Below, piece by piece: positions 29,201 through 38,857 of a stretch of DNA of 64,000 bases. Under the pieces are notes generated by a model. That model was given only the letters and a program-made list of their open reading frames with translations. It was not told the DNA's origin and did no database searches. Within the stretch, counting starts at the first letter, position 1. Each line of letters begins with the position of its first letter. The position numbers were made by a program, and so were the translations under genes. The stretch lies in the IMG/VR virus record IMGVR_UViG_3300043468_000476; one strand, 5' to 3'. Source of the DNA: an uncultured virus (IMG/VR IMGVR_UViG_3300043468_000476). Taxonomy: Duplodnaviria > Heunggongvirae > Uroviricota > Caudoviricetes.

Positions 29201-29996
29201 AAATGATTATAGGAGTAAGTTTCAAACGATGAGCGCCAGGAGCGTTTTCGTTGGTATATCCAAGAGCGTTATCTAGAAGACTTGTATCTTGGTTTTCTGT
29301 AACAATCTGTTCAATAAGGTCAAATCCAATAACATTATTACCAGCGTAAGTACCAAAATTGTTAACAAGGCCAAATGTAGAATTTGCTACTCTAACGAAT
29401 TCGCCTCCAATGAAAACAACGCCTTCTGTTACGCTTACGCCGTGAGAATTACCTGTTGTTACAGTATCGATAGGAGTGTTAGACCAACTATAAACATTTG
29501 CTAGATCAGTATTACCTGCAACAGAAACTTGCTGGAAAGTCAACAATTCGTTGTTGGAGAATATAGTTTCCCCGCCTGTTCCAGTGTTGATGTACTTTAG
29601 ATACAGAATGTTTGTGTCAGGATAATTGGTGCTGAATCCTGCATTAGCGTAAATGACCTGAGCTTTTAGATTGCTTGTGGCGCTAGTGGCCACTGCATTA
29701 ACATAATCTCTTACGTCTAGAGTGGCTGAGTTTGCTGTACCGTTCGATGCGAAATCCATAAGGCGAACATACGGAACCGAAGGCATGTCGAAAATCTGAC
29801 AACCATAAACAATATCGCCGTTATTAAACGCCCAGTTACCAAATCTTTCGATCTGTTTCTGGATAATTGTCTGGATCTGTGTTAGTTCTCTTGCCTGAAC
29901 TGCTGTACCAGGTCTAAAAAGGATTCGATAATAGTCTTTAAACTCATCATAATCGTCGAAATATGGAGCAACGTTGAAATCTGTCTTTAGAGCCAT
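26262..29996 (-). CDS. DUF4815/VrlC-like virion protein, N-terminal half
   Basis: NVAPYFDDY...RILFRPG.AVQARELTQIQ, APGAHRLK, RTFEESGNY, RYTMKDIG, RFKNGIFVD. Confidence 0.85.
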   Translation of the reverse strand: MALKTDFNVAPYFDDYDEFKDYYRILFRPGTAVQARELTQIQTIIQKQIERFGNWAFNNGDIVYGCQIFDMPSVPYVRLMDFASNGTANSATLDVRDYVNAVATSATSNLKAQVIYANAGFSTNYPDTNILYLKYINTGTGGETIFSNNELLTFQQVSVAGNTDLANVYSWSNTPIDTVTTGNSHGVSVTEGVVFIGGEFVRVANSTFGLVNNFGTYAGNNVIGFDLIEQIVTENQDTSLLDNALGYTNENAPGAHRLKLTPIIISLTTEEASLREKFNPIGIYNYGSLVSKVLPAANVYSVVGDVLAKRTFEESGNYVVNPFIVDTVTTIPGSDVSASDANSVLGRVSTGIGYVQGNRVEIQKTAYINMRRGVDTQTNRSQEINFNYGNYFIVNEYAGSFRSDLIASVNFYDQPQKAVTNRTYSGTGLVGNLIGTANIRCVTLVSGTPGTSTANYYIHIFNTSMSGNYTPSQIKSIVFTGPNKGIADVVSTGIVSSQNKKQLFSFGVTGIKNLRDQNNNVVTDYYYRASNTTAIMDTSGNIDTRIASSVTGGTDILPFVAGTTLTDSAAADIIVVSKTNADSAAITGSVSVSTSSTIVTGSSTVFTSIFTSGDLVKVDGAVRTIVSVANNTYMVVDAPFAYSNSGTNCYKRYVNGKVISTTKGITGPSPYVTIDTSTGFTIHSGQIPSVPLDVDVSYIVKRTVTVPAKKEIRKKRFVKINTSSNPKGPWCLGLGDVHKINKIYGTANGVYTVNGVDLTSNFSLDTGQKDTHYNLAYIYAKPGYTATSFPNVLVDLDYFAVNTSPGVGYFTVESYPVDDANTASVTAIQTKDIPLYVDDTGAKLPLRDYVDFRVPCINTANDSGFYDWSNGAQTNTAISYATLNPSSTLSFDVPITGMNSPAYGKSLEADYTFYLGRKDLVMITPDNVLKVKEGVPSITPQSPLFPENAMPLATLNIPPYPSLSSEQVDDFLTINQSAINLIRDTSLSISGSSLTNRRYTMKDIGSIDQRVTNLEYYTQLSLLEKKAKDLTVTDENGLDRFKNGIFVDPMTSFSLCDISNPEFSIAIDSSKGVARPKIVRETITINFSSTASSNVVKTGRLITLNYTEVPFLVQQYATKYRSSALVAYAWNGHLTLIPTYDNGVNEGKTGSAEIYIDSAAPWKEFASSPFGVTWGDWRTTTSTEVETILTGEVRNKVYDFRGNLVSDRPAAVQPVANPPSVNDLLVQAGWNGGVDLLTTLLRGL

Positions 29997-30009
29997 TATT
30001 GGTGCCTTA

Positions 30010-31545
30010 TTATATCTGGATAATCAGTTTAAAAGATTCGGTTTGGGTGTTAGACCTATTAACATTATTTATATTCTGTACGTAAAGAGGCTTCAAACTC
30101 TTAGCGTATATATCGCCCTTTGAAACAATATCAACTTCTGTGTTGAGAACGCCATTACTAGAGAAAACATATTCTCCATCTATAAATGTTTTGTCGCCTG
30201 TGACATACAATTTAGTTGTATTTGAATAGGCAACAATACCATAAGCGTTGCTGGTATTACCATAAACCCTGTCTCCAATAGTATATACGACTGGATTAGA
30301 GACATCGCATTCCATAACCTGACTGAAAACAGCCCCAGTAAATTGAGTATTACTTTTGGCGCCATTTGCATATAATTGGTATGGATTTTTAATAATACCT
30401 ATCTTGTTATATTGAATCCAAGTAGGAATATTGTCGCCTTCAGTATTAGCAAAATGAAAGTTTACACCCAGAGCCTTGATATTCAATTCCGAAAGAGCGT
30501 CACTACCATGTCCGCCAGCTGGTGGTACGATAGCATAAACATTAGCATTTTGACCAACCAAAGCATTAATCGTCACGTTAGCCCAAGATATATCCGCCCC
30601 AGTTTCTAGAATTACTACATCAGAAATAGAGTTTGCTTCTGGGTTTATAGTAGTATAAGCAATAGGTTGAGTTCCACCGTCTGTAACGAAATGAACGCTA
30701 GGAGAAATTTTGTATCTTGTGGCCTGTGGCAAGATATTGTCAGTATTAGCTTCTTTATCCAAATAAATCCATTTACCAACACTGTTTGCTACGTATTCAG
30801 TTATGTTGAATATCTGAGAAGTTGTAGCTGTAGTATTGTAAATATAGATGGCGCTTCCTGTGTAATAACCGCTCTGGATACTGGCTTCGTTTTCAATCTG
30901 GATAACAGTAGTATTAGCAGATAGAATAGTGCCTTCATGATATGTAGAATAACCTGTTCCGCCGTTTTCAATAACAACTTTTTCTACACCAGCATAAACA
31001 TTGGCATAAATTGATGTAATAGCGTTTGCGTATAATGGAGCATATTCTTCGGTCGCAAACATTCTGTATAGTCTGAATGGAATAGAAGTTACATATTTCC
31101 AAACATAACCATCAGAAGTAGCAAAAGAAGTTGTTTGAACCATTGTTGGCTTGACAGAAGAAGGGGAATCGTTGCCATTGTCCAAACACTTATATACATT
31201 ATAAGTGCCACCGTCATATTCAGGCTCGCAAATAGCATAAAACAAATTATTGGAATAAAGCTCGGGATCGCTATTATCATATTTTCTGTATATTGTGTTA
31301 GCGTCCCATATATTATTCTGAATCAACGGGGCGAAATTAGAAATAGATAATTTCTTGCCAAATAACATCAACCAATCGTTCTCAAATTCAGTAGAATAGT
31401 CTTTTGGTGAAGTATTAGGAACAGCTCCACTATACGCTACAGGGTTAGATGCAAATGCGTAATAATAAGACGTGTTTGTGCTGATATTATACAACATCTC
31501 ATCAATTAAAGACTTTTTGTATGCAGATTGAATAATTCCAGCCAT
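30010..31545 (-). CDS. gp8: Baseplate wedge subunit gp8
   Basis: NVYKCLDN, TSDGYVWKY, GGHGSD, QTESFKLII. Confidence 0.85.
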   Translation of the reverse strand: MAGIIQSAYKKSLIDEMLYNISTNTSYYYAFASNPVAYSGAVPNTSPKDYSTEFENDWLMLFGKKLSISNFAPLIQNNIWDANTIYRKYDNSDPELYSNNLFYAICEPEYDGGTYNVYKCLDNGNDSPSSVKPTMVQTTSFATSDGYVWKYVTSIPFRLYRMFATEEYAPLYANAITSIYANVYAGVEKVVIENGGTGYSTYHEGTILSANTTVIQIENEASIQSGYYTGSAIYIYNTTATTSQIFNITEYVANSVGKWIYLDKEANTDNILPQATRYKISPSVHFVTDGGTQPIAYTTINPEANSISDVVILETGADISWANVTINALVGQNANVYAIVPPAGGHGSDALSELNIKALGVNFHFANTEGDNIPTWIQYNKIGIIKNPYQLYANGAKSNTQFTGAVFSQVMECDVSNPVVYTIGDRVYGNTSNAYGIVAYSNTTKLYVTGDKTFIDGEYVFSSNGVLNTEVDIVSKGDIYAKSLKPLYVQNINNVNRSNTQTESFKLIIQI

Positions 31546-31554
31546 TTTTAAACC

Positions 31555-32145
31555 TTACTTACCAAGCGCAATAAAATGAACGTTGATAGCTGTATTATCG
31601 TTTGTTCTGATAACAGCTGCAGTTGTATTCTGTTCAGGCACAAAAGGAGCAAAAGAAGCGTTAGCTGTATTACCGGTAACAGTAACAACATAACACTCTG
31701 ATGTATAAGCAGAAGTAAAGATAGCATTTCCAATTGTACTATTACAATACACCCAACCCCAATTCATTTTTAGACCGTTTGGTAGGTAGGTATAACCATT
31801 AGCTCCAGCAGAAGAGGTAGTTCCAAGGTTCAAAGTATTTGATGTAACAGAAAGAGTTCCTGTATTTACCAGACCAGCTGTCTGGATAACAGAACTGTTT
31901 GCTATTACGTTCACTGATGCGCTGTTACCAATTCTAACGTAAGCAGCATTATTTTGCACATAAATCAAAGAAGAATTAACAAAGACGTTTCCAGTCGCTG
32001 TATTTCCTACAGTAATACTGGTGTTTACAACAGAGTTAGTACTCAGCTGAATAAAATTTTGATTGAACAGATCAACGGCATCTCTCAGAGGAGTGCCAGT
32101 TCCGTCGTTTGGGCTTGCGCCAATATTGGCTGTTTGTATTGTCAA
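31555..32145 (-). CDS. Baseplate gp9/gp10-like N-terminal domain fused to a short fibre-tip domain
   Basis: NIGASPNDGTGTPLRDA..NQNF; C-terminal NGYTYLPNGLKMNWG. Confidence 0.7.
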   Translation of the reverse strand: MTIQTANIGASPNDGTGTPLRDAVDLFNQNFIQLSTNSVVNTSITVGNTATGNVFVNSSLIYVQNNAAYVRIGNSASVNVIANSSVIQTAGLVNTGTLSVTSNTLNLGTTSSAGANGYTYLPNGLKMNWGWVYCNSTIGNAIFTSAYTSECYVVTVTGNTANASFAPFVPEQNTTAAVIRTNDNTAINVHFIALGK

Positions 32146-32156
32146 TTTAGTTCCCC

Positions 32157-35100
32157 TTATGAATCTTCAGATATTCTATCTACTCTGAGAGTGGCATTAC
32201 TACAGAATATAGTATTTATGTCTACTCCCAGATAATTGTTAGCGAAAGTGAATTGATCGACCGTTAGATATGTATTTGGTAGCAGTCTGCCGTCAGGAAG
32301 TTCTTCCACAAGAACGTCGCAGCGAATTCTTGGGTCTGAAATATCGCATGTCAACCATAGCGGCCAAGCAGTATTGGCGTTTGTATCATATACTAGGTCT
32401 ATCTCGCTTTGGACCACAAATGGCTGCAATTCATACTTACCGAATAGTTCTGTACCAGCAGGGTGGAAAGTTGAATAGAAAACTTCTTTGTAGTTTTCAA
32501 TACTGATAGCAGCTCTAATTTCATAAGAATAATCTTGATAATAATAACTGTCTTGAATGACCTTATCGGAGTTTAATAGTCCATCAGTTGTTGCCCAATA
32601 ACCAACACCCTTACCAACACCAGCCTTTCTGACAATACCTCTAATTTCACTGGCTGTATCGAAAGGAATGAAGTTTGTGGTCAACACTGCGCCATAGGCT
32701 CTGCTGTTTGCAGATCTAATAGAAATTTCTGGAATAGTGTTATATCCAGATCCACTATACCAAGCTCCAAGCTGTGTGTTAACAGCTGTAATGTGACCTT
32801 GGTTGTTGGTTATGACTGAACCTCTGGCTGGATATTCGGTAAACCCTCCAGTAAAGATTAAAGTATCATTGTTTACGTAACCAAAACCGCCTTTAACAAC
32901 AACAGGAACTTCTAAAATACCATATCTGTAAGCATGAACAGATTCGCCCTCTACGTAAGCTCTACCCGAAGAAACGGCAGCAACCTTCTCTACGATATTA
33001 TTACCGCTAGAGTTAAGAGCAAGAATATTATCATTAATGCCATTAATCGTATTATCCAATCTTCTCATGATGCTTGCATAAGCGCCATAATTATTTGGAT
33101 TATTGTTATACGAAAGTAGACTAAACTGATCGATTAAACCAGTATTACTATTTCTTGCTGTGACTTCTGAATTAGCAAACTGAGAAGGCATGATAACAAC
33201 CGCTCTACCGTATACCATAGAATTAGTAGAAGTATTGTTAGTGAACCCATAAAGTTGAACAGATGTATCGCTTTTGATTTCTCTAATAACAGCCAATTCT
33301 AAAGTGTTTGCATCAGCCTCATCAGACTGCAGATAGATAACATCATTGTTCGCAAAATATTTGTTGAATTTGGCGCCTTTGATTTGATGAGAAGCAGCAG
33401 CACTAGAAGAAGATGTGTATATCTGTATAGTAGCACCACCGGCAGTATTACTTAAAGTGATAGCGCTGGAATTTACAGTTTTAACAAAATAAACAGAATT
33501 TGCTGTTAGATTTGCAAGCGCCGAAGATCCTGTAGGAACATCATAGAATATAGAATCACCAGCTTGCAAATATATGTCAGCATTGGCCAATAGGATAGAA
33601 TAATTTGAATTATTTACAGAAGTTGTATTAGAATAAAAATCTTCTGAATAAGCGTTGACATAGGGAACTTGAGCTCTGGTGGTATCATTCAATAGATAAT
33701 GAGTTTCTGCCGCCGCCCCGTAGTTACCAGAAAATACCTCAATAGGATCTCCGCCTACTGACATAGAAAGAGTTAACGCAGAATCGTTAGAAGATTCCAC
33801 ATAATAATAAGTGTTTCCTTTCAGACCAGTAATTGCAACATTTCCTGTTGGAACATAATAATACACATAATCGTCAACAAAGAAGTATGTATTGGCATTA
33901 GAAACTAATATAGAATGACTTACGTTGTTGATATAAGAAGCGTTTGCCAAAAAGCTCTTTGTAAGAGCTTTTGTAGTGAAAACGTGTTTCACTACATTAC
34001 TAGAAACATTAGTTGTGCTGATCGCTAATGTTGCTCCACCAGGAGTTTCGCTAAGAGTAATTCCTGACGTGTTTGTAGTTTTTACATAATATCTTGTGTT
34101 AGATTGCAATCCAGTAATGGCGCTATAGCCTTCTGGAGCCAAGTAATCTACATAGCTATTCAAATCGAAATGTTTATTAGCATTAGCTATAAGAACAACA
34201 TTACCATCTATGAATGAAGTATTTACATATACGCCTGAAGAATAAGCGTTAATAAATGTGTTGGTGTTATAATACCAAAGTTTGCCAGGAAGGTTTTTTG
34301 ATCTATAAGTTGATCTAATGAAAACATTAGCAGGGGCAATATAAGCATTACCAGCAAGAACGTTTGTTAGATAGGCGATTTTACCGAATACGCCGCTCTC
34401 GTATGTAAACGTGTCTTCGATATTCGTACTTAAATTGGCGCTGGCATTTCCCAAAAATCCATATGAAGTTTCATTAATAGGTAAGTCAATAAAATCCTGG
34501 ATCCAGTCTGTGTTGTATGTCAATCTTCTGGTGTCAGAAAGTTTGATGTTAAAGCTCGCTCCGCTACCAGTTTGATCGGCAATGTTTTTGTATAAAAATA
34601 TTGCTGAATTGGCTAGGAACCCAAACCCGCCATTAACGATGTTGAAGTTAAGAGAACCATATCCACGAAAAAGGGATTTAACGATAACAAGACCTTCAAT
34701 ACCAAAAGAATCAATTTCGTTGGTATCTGGATCTTTGTATGCAATTTTAAGAATATCTCCGACGTTGAATGAATTACCGCTGTTGAAAACATCAAGAGTA
34801 TCTAATGATCCTAGGATGACTGGCGATGCACCAATTACTGCAGAATCTGTTCTGTATCTGTAGTCAACAATTCTTTCACCAACGTCGAAATCGCCGCCTT
34901 TAGGCTCAACGCTGGTAATGTACGCCATATAAACTATGTCTTTATTAACACGTTCCCTAACAACCTTCTCAACAACAGCTGTTGTCTTTGAAGAAACGCC
35001 CATAATGGATTTACCAATAAGAGATTCTAGATTCTCTGTGTATGTTACTTCTAGATATCGTGGATCAACCCATTTACCGTCTGATACTCTCAGTACGTCT

Positions 35101-35495
35101 TTACCAGGAAGATAAATGTCAACGTCTTCGTCGTAGATTAATCTGAATAGAAGTTTATAACCTTGAATGGTTGTTTTTGAACGGTACACGTCCAAAATAT
35201 GTTTAAGGAGGAATCTTTTATTAGCAATAATATTGAATGGAATACCATAAAGATATTTTTTCTGGAAATATTCCAGAAATCTTTCAACAGTAGTATCAAT
35301 ATCTCTGTAATCTGTTAATTCTCTGGCTTCGTGAATGGGTCCGCCATTACCATCTGCTTTGACGGGACCTGCGGATTCTAGCCATTCATAATAAGCTCTG
35401 ACGAATTGTATGAACTTTGGACCCTCTTCTTGGTAGAATTGAGGGAACTGGCTCTCTACAAAATTAGATATTGTTTTTTCTACTTTAAATTCCAT
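32157..35495 (-). CDS. gp7: Baseplate wedge initiator gp7
   Basis: QFPQFYQEEGPKFIQFVRAYYEWLE; IQDSYYYQDYSYEI; HPAG. Confidence 0.8.
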   Translation of the reverse strand: MEFKVEKTISNFVESQFPQFYQEEGPKFIQFVRAYYEWLESAGPVKADGNGGPIHEARELTDYRDIDTTVERFLEYFQKKYLYGIPFNIIANKRFLLKHILDVYRSKTTIQGYKLLFRLIYDEDVDIYLPGKDVLRVSDGKWVDPRYLEVTYTENLESLIGKSIMGVSSKTTAVVEKVVRERVNKDIVYMAYITSVEPKGGDFDVGERIVDYRYRTDSAVIGASPVILGSLDTLDVFNSGNSFNVGDILKIAYKDPDTNEIDSFGIEGLVIVKSLFRGYGSLNFNIVNGGFGFLANSAIFLYKNIADQTGSGASFNIKLSDTRRLTYNTDWIQDFIDLPINETSYGFLGNASANLSTNIEDTFTYESGVFGKIAYLTNVLAGNAYIAPANVFIRSTYRSKNLPGKLWYYNTNTFINAYSSGVYVNTSFIDGNVVLIANANKHFDLNSYVDYLAPEGYSAITGLQSNTRYYVKTTNTSGITLSETPGGATLAISTTNVSSNVVKHVFTTKALTKSFLANASYINNVSHSILVSNANTYFFVDDYVYYYVPTGNVAITGLKGNTYYYVESSNDSALTLSMSVGGDPIEVFSGNYGAAAETHYLLNDTTRAQVPYVNAYSEDFYSNTTSVNNSNYSILLANADIYLQAGDSIFYDVPTGSSALANLTANSVYFVKTVNSSAITLSNTAGGATIQIYTSSSSAAASHQIKGAKFNKYFANNDVIYLQSDEADANTLELAVIREIKSDTSVQLYGFTNNTSTNSMVYGRAVVIMPSQFANSEVTARNSNTGLIDQFSLLSYNNNPNNYGAYASIMRRLDNTINGINDNILALNSSGNNIVEKVAAVSSGRAYVEGESVHAYRYGILEVPVVVKGGFGYVNNDTLIFTGGFTEYPARGSVITNNQGHITAVNTQLGAWYSGSGYNTIPEISIRSANSRAYGAVLTTNFIPFDTASEIRGIVRKAGVGKGVGYWATTDGLLNSDKVIQDSYYYQDYSYEIRAAISIENYKEVFYSTFHPAGTELFGKYELQPFVVQSEIDLVYDTNANTAWPLWLTCDISDPRIRCDVLVEELPDGRLLPNTYLTVDQFTFANNYLGVDINTIFCSNATLRVDRISEDS

Positions 35496-35496
35496 T

Positions 35497-37317
35497 TTAT
35501 CTAATTGTTTCTATTACGTCGATTGTTACGTCTTCAGGTTCTATAACCAGAACCATGTTCTTTGTCGCAATAATATCTTTATTTCTTGTCTTTAGTTCCA
35601 GAAGCAGATAGTTGCCATAGTAAGAAGATTTTAGATTACTTAGGGAAACAATTCCAGATTCGTAATCTATAACTCCAATATTTGGATTGACAGTAGTTTT
35701 TACGCCTCTAACATAAGTATAAACAAGAATACTACCAAGAGCGTCATCTTCCATATAACAGTTAGGAATTATATTATCCTTTTCGTCAATGTAAGAAAAC
35801 GAAGAGCTGTTGAAAACTCTTTCGTCTGGATACGCAACTCCTCCATACACGCCTTCTAATTCAGCAGGATTATTAAATGCTATACTGTAAGAAGTGGCAT
35901 AATTTAGTTTGGGATTTATTCTTTTAACAATCTTTACATGAGTGTCGTTACTGGTAATACTTGTGTCTGCGTCATCGATATGAGTGACGAATCTACTATA
36001 TCTAAAATCGTTACCAAACTTTTCTAGATGAGCAGAACTAAACTCTAAAATATCATTAAGAATAATACTTCTTACTTCTGAAGCATATTTTGTAGTAAGT
36101 TTAGAATTATATTGAACGATTGAATTAATCTTAATATAGAAATACTCAGGATCAGTAACAATAACTCTGTTAGGCAAAGCAATATAATCTTGAAGGTAAT
36201 TAACAATACTGTTCTTCAACAAAGAAGAAGCTATTGTAGAAGCTGTTGGTTTGATGGAAACGACTACTCTACCATAAAGTTTTGGTTCTAAGTCTTGACC
36301 ACCATACACAATAACGTCGTCAACAGCGCCGCCAAATTTAGCATACACAAGAGAAGCATAATCGTCTACTGAAACAGCTCTCTGTTGTGTAGCATAATAT
36401 CTAGGAGCATTGAATCTTATGTTTTCTATGTTTTCTTGATTGGCGCCATACACAGAAGGAGTTATAACTGTGATAGCAGAAGCTGTTGCAGTTCCTCCGT
36501 TAGATGGCCCAATATTATCTGTTAGAGTAAAATTATCAACACCATTACCATCAGAACCATCAGTGACAATATAATTTACTTGAACTGACGCCCCATTAAG
36601 AGGCTTTCTGCCAAACAATCCATCGCCGAACAATATCTCATATCTACCGCCTTCTACAGCCTGCACGAAATACACCTCAGATCCTCCCTTTAGACCAAAT
36701 AGGGAAGCAGCAAAAACAAATTGAGTGTTAGATAAGCCAGAATTTTCAACAACATTGACTGTTATAGTATTGATGTCGATGTTCTGATTTGACAATATAA
36801 ATCTTTGATCTTCTATGTCATAATCTACAACAAAGCTATCATTGAAATAGTCGCCTTCGCTTATTTGTATGTTTTCTACAGAAAACGTACTATTACTTGA
36901 TGTGAACGTAAGAGACTGATCTGTTACGAAAGTATATGTTCCATTAGAATTATATCCAGAAAACCTAGTTCCTTTTGGGATAGTAAGTTTATTGGTAGTA
37001 AATCCGGATGTGTCAACAGTAAAACTTACATTTGCTGCTGCAGCATGAGAGCTTCTTGGAATATAATTCAGCTCTTTAGCGTGAGAAATAACAGAATCAA
37101 TTTTTTGGGCTGAATCCAAAAACATCTCTGAAGCTACCATGTTAAGGTAGAAAGAATTCAAATAAGAATTATAAGCCATAACGTCCAAAAGAACGCTCAT
37201 GTTTGAACCATCAAAGTTATAATCTTTGAAGGTTGACTGGGCTTTTAGATAATCTTTGAAATTCTGCTTGAGAGTATCAAAGTCTAAGGAAGCGAGATTT
37301 ATTGAACTGTTTGCCAT
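35497..37317 (-). CDS. gp6: Baseplate wedge subunit gp6
   Basis: LDFDTLK, FKDYNFDGS, EMFLDSA, FGDG, QQRAVSVDDY. Confidence 0.93.
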   Translation of the reverse strand: MANSSINLASLDFDTLKQNFKDYLKAQSTFKDYNFDGSNMSVLLDVMAYNSYLNSFYLNMVASEMFLDSAQKIDSVISHAKELNYIPRSSHAAAANVSFTVDTSGFTTNKLTIPKGTRFSGYNSNGTYTFVTDQSLTFTSSNSTFSVENIQISEGDYFNDSFVVDYDIEDQRFILSNQNIDINTITVNVVENSGLSNTQFVFAASLFGLKGGSEVYFVQAVEGGRYEILFGDGLFGRKPLNGASVQVNYIVTDGSDGNGVDNFTLTDNIGPSNGGTATASAITVITPSVYGANQENIENIRFNAPRYYATQQRAVSVDDYASLVYAKFGGAVDDVIVYGGQDLEPKLYGRVVVSIKPTASTIASSLLKNSIVNYLQDYIALPNRVIVTDPEYFYIKINSIVQYNSKLTTKYASEVRSIILNDILEFSSAHLEKFGNDFRYSRFVTHIDDADTSITSNDTHVKIVKRINPKLNYATSYSIAFNNPAELEGVYGGVAYPDERVFNSSSFSYIDEKDNIIPNCYMEDDALGSILVYTYVRGVKTTVNPNIGVIDYESGIVSLSNLKSSYYGNYLLLELKTRNKDIIATKNMVLVIEPEDVTIDVIETIR

Positions 37318-37752
37318 TTATCGAACTCTTTTTAGTAGCATCGTAAGAGTAAATTCTTCTGGATTATTTATTAGATTATAAATCAATGTTATTTCAATAG
37401 AATTTTCGTCGCTGGGTACAGAAGTTACTAAGGTCTGTAGAAGGTTTACTCTTGGCTCGTTGTTTTCTATTGTATTCTCTATATACATTTTTATAGTCCC
37501 AAGAGCATCTGTCGTATTAAGTTCAAACAGTGCAGCCGAAACGTCTGAACCAACAGTAGGTTGAAATAATCTTTCTCCTAAATTGGTTCTCATAAGATTT
37601 TTTAAAGATTGTGTAACAGAATCTTCATTAGAAACTTTAGCTAATTGACCTCCCAATGGAGTTTTAGCAAAACTTGTCATAAAATCGGAGAAAAAATCAA
37701 CTTGTCTTTTTGCTCCAGTGAAAGTATCTGCTCTTGTTGGTTTGGTTGCCAT
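37318..37752 (-). CDS. gp25: Baseplate wedge subunit gp25
   Basis: SLKNL..T..GERLFQP..GS, IEN.EPRV. Confidence 0.9.
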   Translation of the reverse strand: MATKPTRADTFTGAKRQVDFFSDFMTSFAKTPLGGQLAKVSNEDSVTQSLKNLMRTNLGERLFQPTVGSDVSAALFELNTTDALGTIKMYIENTIENNEPRVNLLQTLVTSVPSDENSIEITLIYNLINNPEEFTLTMLLKRVR

Positions 37753-38039
37753 TAGCTTACCTTTACGAAACTTTTGCCCTCTTGGGCTTTGGGATTACAG
37801 TGTTCTCCTCCTAGAGAAGGACACAAACTATCTTGTTGCGCACTATCACCCTTTACAATAACAGATTTACCGTTAATCTTTACATAAGTTTTCGAAGCAA
37901 TCAACCCACCTTGACCGTGACTATTTTGGTCGTTTTCGACAGCCCACAATTGACCATCTATTTTAACAAAAGACTGCCCAGAAACTATAGTAGTAGCTCC
38001 ACATGATCTTTGTTGGTTGTTTACATGTGCCTCTGCCAT
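37752..38039 (-). CDS. PAAR-like spike tip protein (gp5.4-like)
   Basis: Cys/His metal ligands (RSCGA, SHGQG, HCNP); between gp5 and gp25. Confidence 0.75.
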   Translation of the reverse strand: MAEAHVNNQQRSCGATTIVSGQSFVKIDGQLWAVENDQNSHGQGGLIASKTYVKINGKSVIVKGDSAQQDSLCPSLGGEHCNPKAQEGKSFVKVS

Positions 38040-38044
38040 TATAT

Positions 38045-38857
38045 TTACCCTTGCTTAAATTCGATAGATGGCGAAGTAATTGTAATAGACCCTGAACTTA
38101 TTTCTATCTTAGAGCTTCCTACTTTTAATGTTATCTTAGAACTAGCATTAATCATTACTTCAGAAGCTGCATTTACTTGAACATCAGAAGCAGAATTGAT
38201 TGTAGCTGTAGAACCTGTCTGAATAAACATGGTACTACCAGTTTCGATCTTACCTTTCTGCTTAATATAAGTGTCCATGTTCTGACCAGCATTGATAGCA
38301 TAATCTTCTTTAACAACAGTGGCTTTATTCTTTTCGCCCATACTGACAATATCGCCTTGAACATGATTAAAATAATCTTTGTCGTATGAGTTTCTTACTG
38401 TACCAGAATATCCTCTAGAACTTACAGCCTCTGAACCTGTTTTGATCTTGGCTGTATCTCCTGATATTTTTACTTCTTTATTTTTGGTACCACGATAATA
38501 ATTCTTACCGCCAGCTTGCCCAATATCTCCAGCAACTTCTGTTCTTTGAGTGGATTCTACATTAATATCATGATGACCGTCAACATGCGTTGATTTTCCG
38601 CCAGCTACATAATGCCTTACTTCGCCGGATCTTAGGCTAGTATTAATTTCTTTTTTCTTATCATTATTTTCTATTGTATCGTATGCGCCAGAAGGGTGAG
38701 TTTTCTGAGAATATGTTTTATCTTTTTCTTCTTTGTACTCGTAATGCCATCTACTTCCGCCACACTCTCTCCATTCTCCAGTAATGAATCCATATTTTGG
38801 TTCAATGTCTTGTTCAGAAACGCCGTCTTTTGGTAGTTTTTTATTGTCATCAACCAT
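38045..38857 (-). CDS. gp5 C-terminal beta-helix spike module
   Basis: HPSG.Y, VxG repeats, KITLKVGSSKIEI VgrG-like end. Confidence 0.7.
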   Translation of the reverse strand: MVDDNKKLPKDGVSEQDIEPKYGFITGEWRECGGSRWHYEYKEEKDKTYSQKTHPSGAYDTIENNDKKKEINTSLRSGEVRHYVAGGKSTHVDGHHDINVESTQRTEVAGDIGQAGGKNYYRGTKNKEVKISGDTAKIKTGSEAVSSRGYSGTVRNSYDKDYFNHVQGDIVSMGEKNKATVVKEDYAINAGQNMDTYIKQKGKIETGSTMFIQTGSTATINSASDVQVNAASEVMINASSKITLKVGSSKIEISSGSITITSPSIEFKQG

